From: Thermodesulfobacteriota bacterium
GTDB taxonomy: Bacteria > Desulfobacterota > Desulfobulbia > Desulfobulbales > SURF-16
Length of the DNA: 64,000 bases
NCBI GenBank assembly: GCA_040755455.1
Contig: JBFMAY010000018.1
Coordinates: 8,872-72,871 of the forward strand
Direction of reading: 5' to 3'
Shown here: positions 63,711 through 64,000 of the stretch, piece after piece
How the letters are laid out: each line of letters opens with the position of its first letter
Numbering within the stretch: the stretch's first letter is position 1
The notes under the pieces: generated by a model
Seen by the model: the letters and a program-made list of their open reading frames with translations, nothing else
Database searches by the model: none
What the model was told of the DNA's origin: nothing
Program-made: the position numbers and the translations under genes

Positions 63711-64000
63711 TTACAGCCCAGGGATAGTCGAAGCGTAAAGAGAATCCCAGCAGTCAACCTGCCGGACCACGAATTTATCAATGAATTGCTCGTATTTGGT
63801 GCTGTACATCTCTGTAAGTTTCTTGCGCATCATGAGATTGAACATGGAAATGATATCCCCTATGTTATCAGCGGACATCTTCATGTAGGCACAGACTGAA
63901 ATGGCGATCCCGGCCGCCTGGTCAATGAGCGGTTCAATCGCCTTTGAAGGTTTCAGGCTTTGCCGTTCAACGTAGACGGTATTTTTTGACCACTCGGTTT
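63711..64000 (-). CDS. Hypothetical protein, C-terminal part only (runs in from the window edge)
   Basis: Open frame TEWSKNTVYVERQSLKP...DCWDSLYASTIPGL* ending at 63711; not in the supplied ORF track. Confidence 0.6.
   Translation of the reverse strand, partial: TEWSKNTVYVERQSLKPSKAIEPLIDQAAGIAISVCAYMKMSADNIGDIISMFNLMMRKKLTEMYSTKYEQFIDKFVVRQVDCWDSLYASTIPGL

Larger units (their letters stand above)
61972..64000. mobile_element. Left end of an integrative element (genomic island or prophage-like) inserted at the tRNA-Ala 3' end; continues beyond the window
   Basis: P4-type integrase immediately after the tRNA, convergent AlpA gene, candidate arm-site repeats, visibly more AT-rich codon usage. 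Confidence 0.85.

Overview
Chromosomal segment of a moderately GC-rich anaerobic Desulfobacterota bacterium (Desulfobulbales-like; this assignment is inferred from gene content, not checked by search). It is mostly core genes. In order: the end of a Wzy-type/PEP-CTERM-associated exopolysaccharide locus, bioH-bioC-bioD, a BigR/SqrR-like regulator with a YgaP-like gene, ispB, a DinG/YoaA helicase, lon-mltG-gspG, rne, ilvD-lptD, acs, mltA-pilT, cbiB-cobQ, a chemoreceptor, nadE-multiheme cytochrome-hisD-rsmG, a heme cluster (radical SAM-hemE-HD-hemH) and mreBCD-mrdA-rodA. The window ends in the left end of an integrative element (P4-type integrase plus AlpA) inserted at tRNA-Ala(GGC). The most notable feature is at 22416-23993 on the minus strand. 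It is an OmcS-like multiheme cytochrome (six CxxCH plus one CX5CH, retaining the CHTMH motif) preceded by a GEMM-I riboswitch. The riboswitch carries the A20 signature of the 3',3'-cGAMP-sensing subclass and an overlapping intrinsic terminator, which gives ON-switch architecture. This resembles the Geobacter cGAMP-controlled cytochrome-nanowire module in a different lineage. All family assignments come from motif recognition by eye; no database searches were run.
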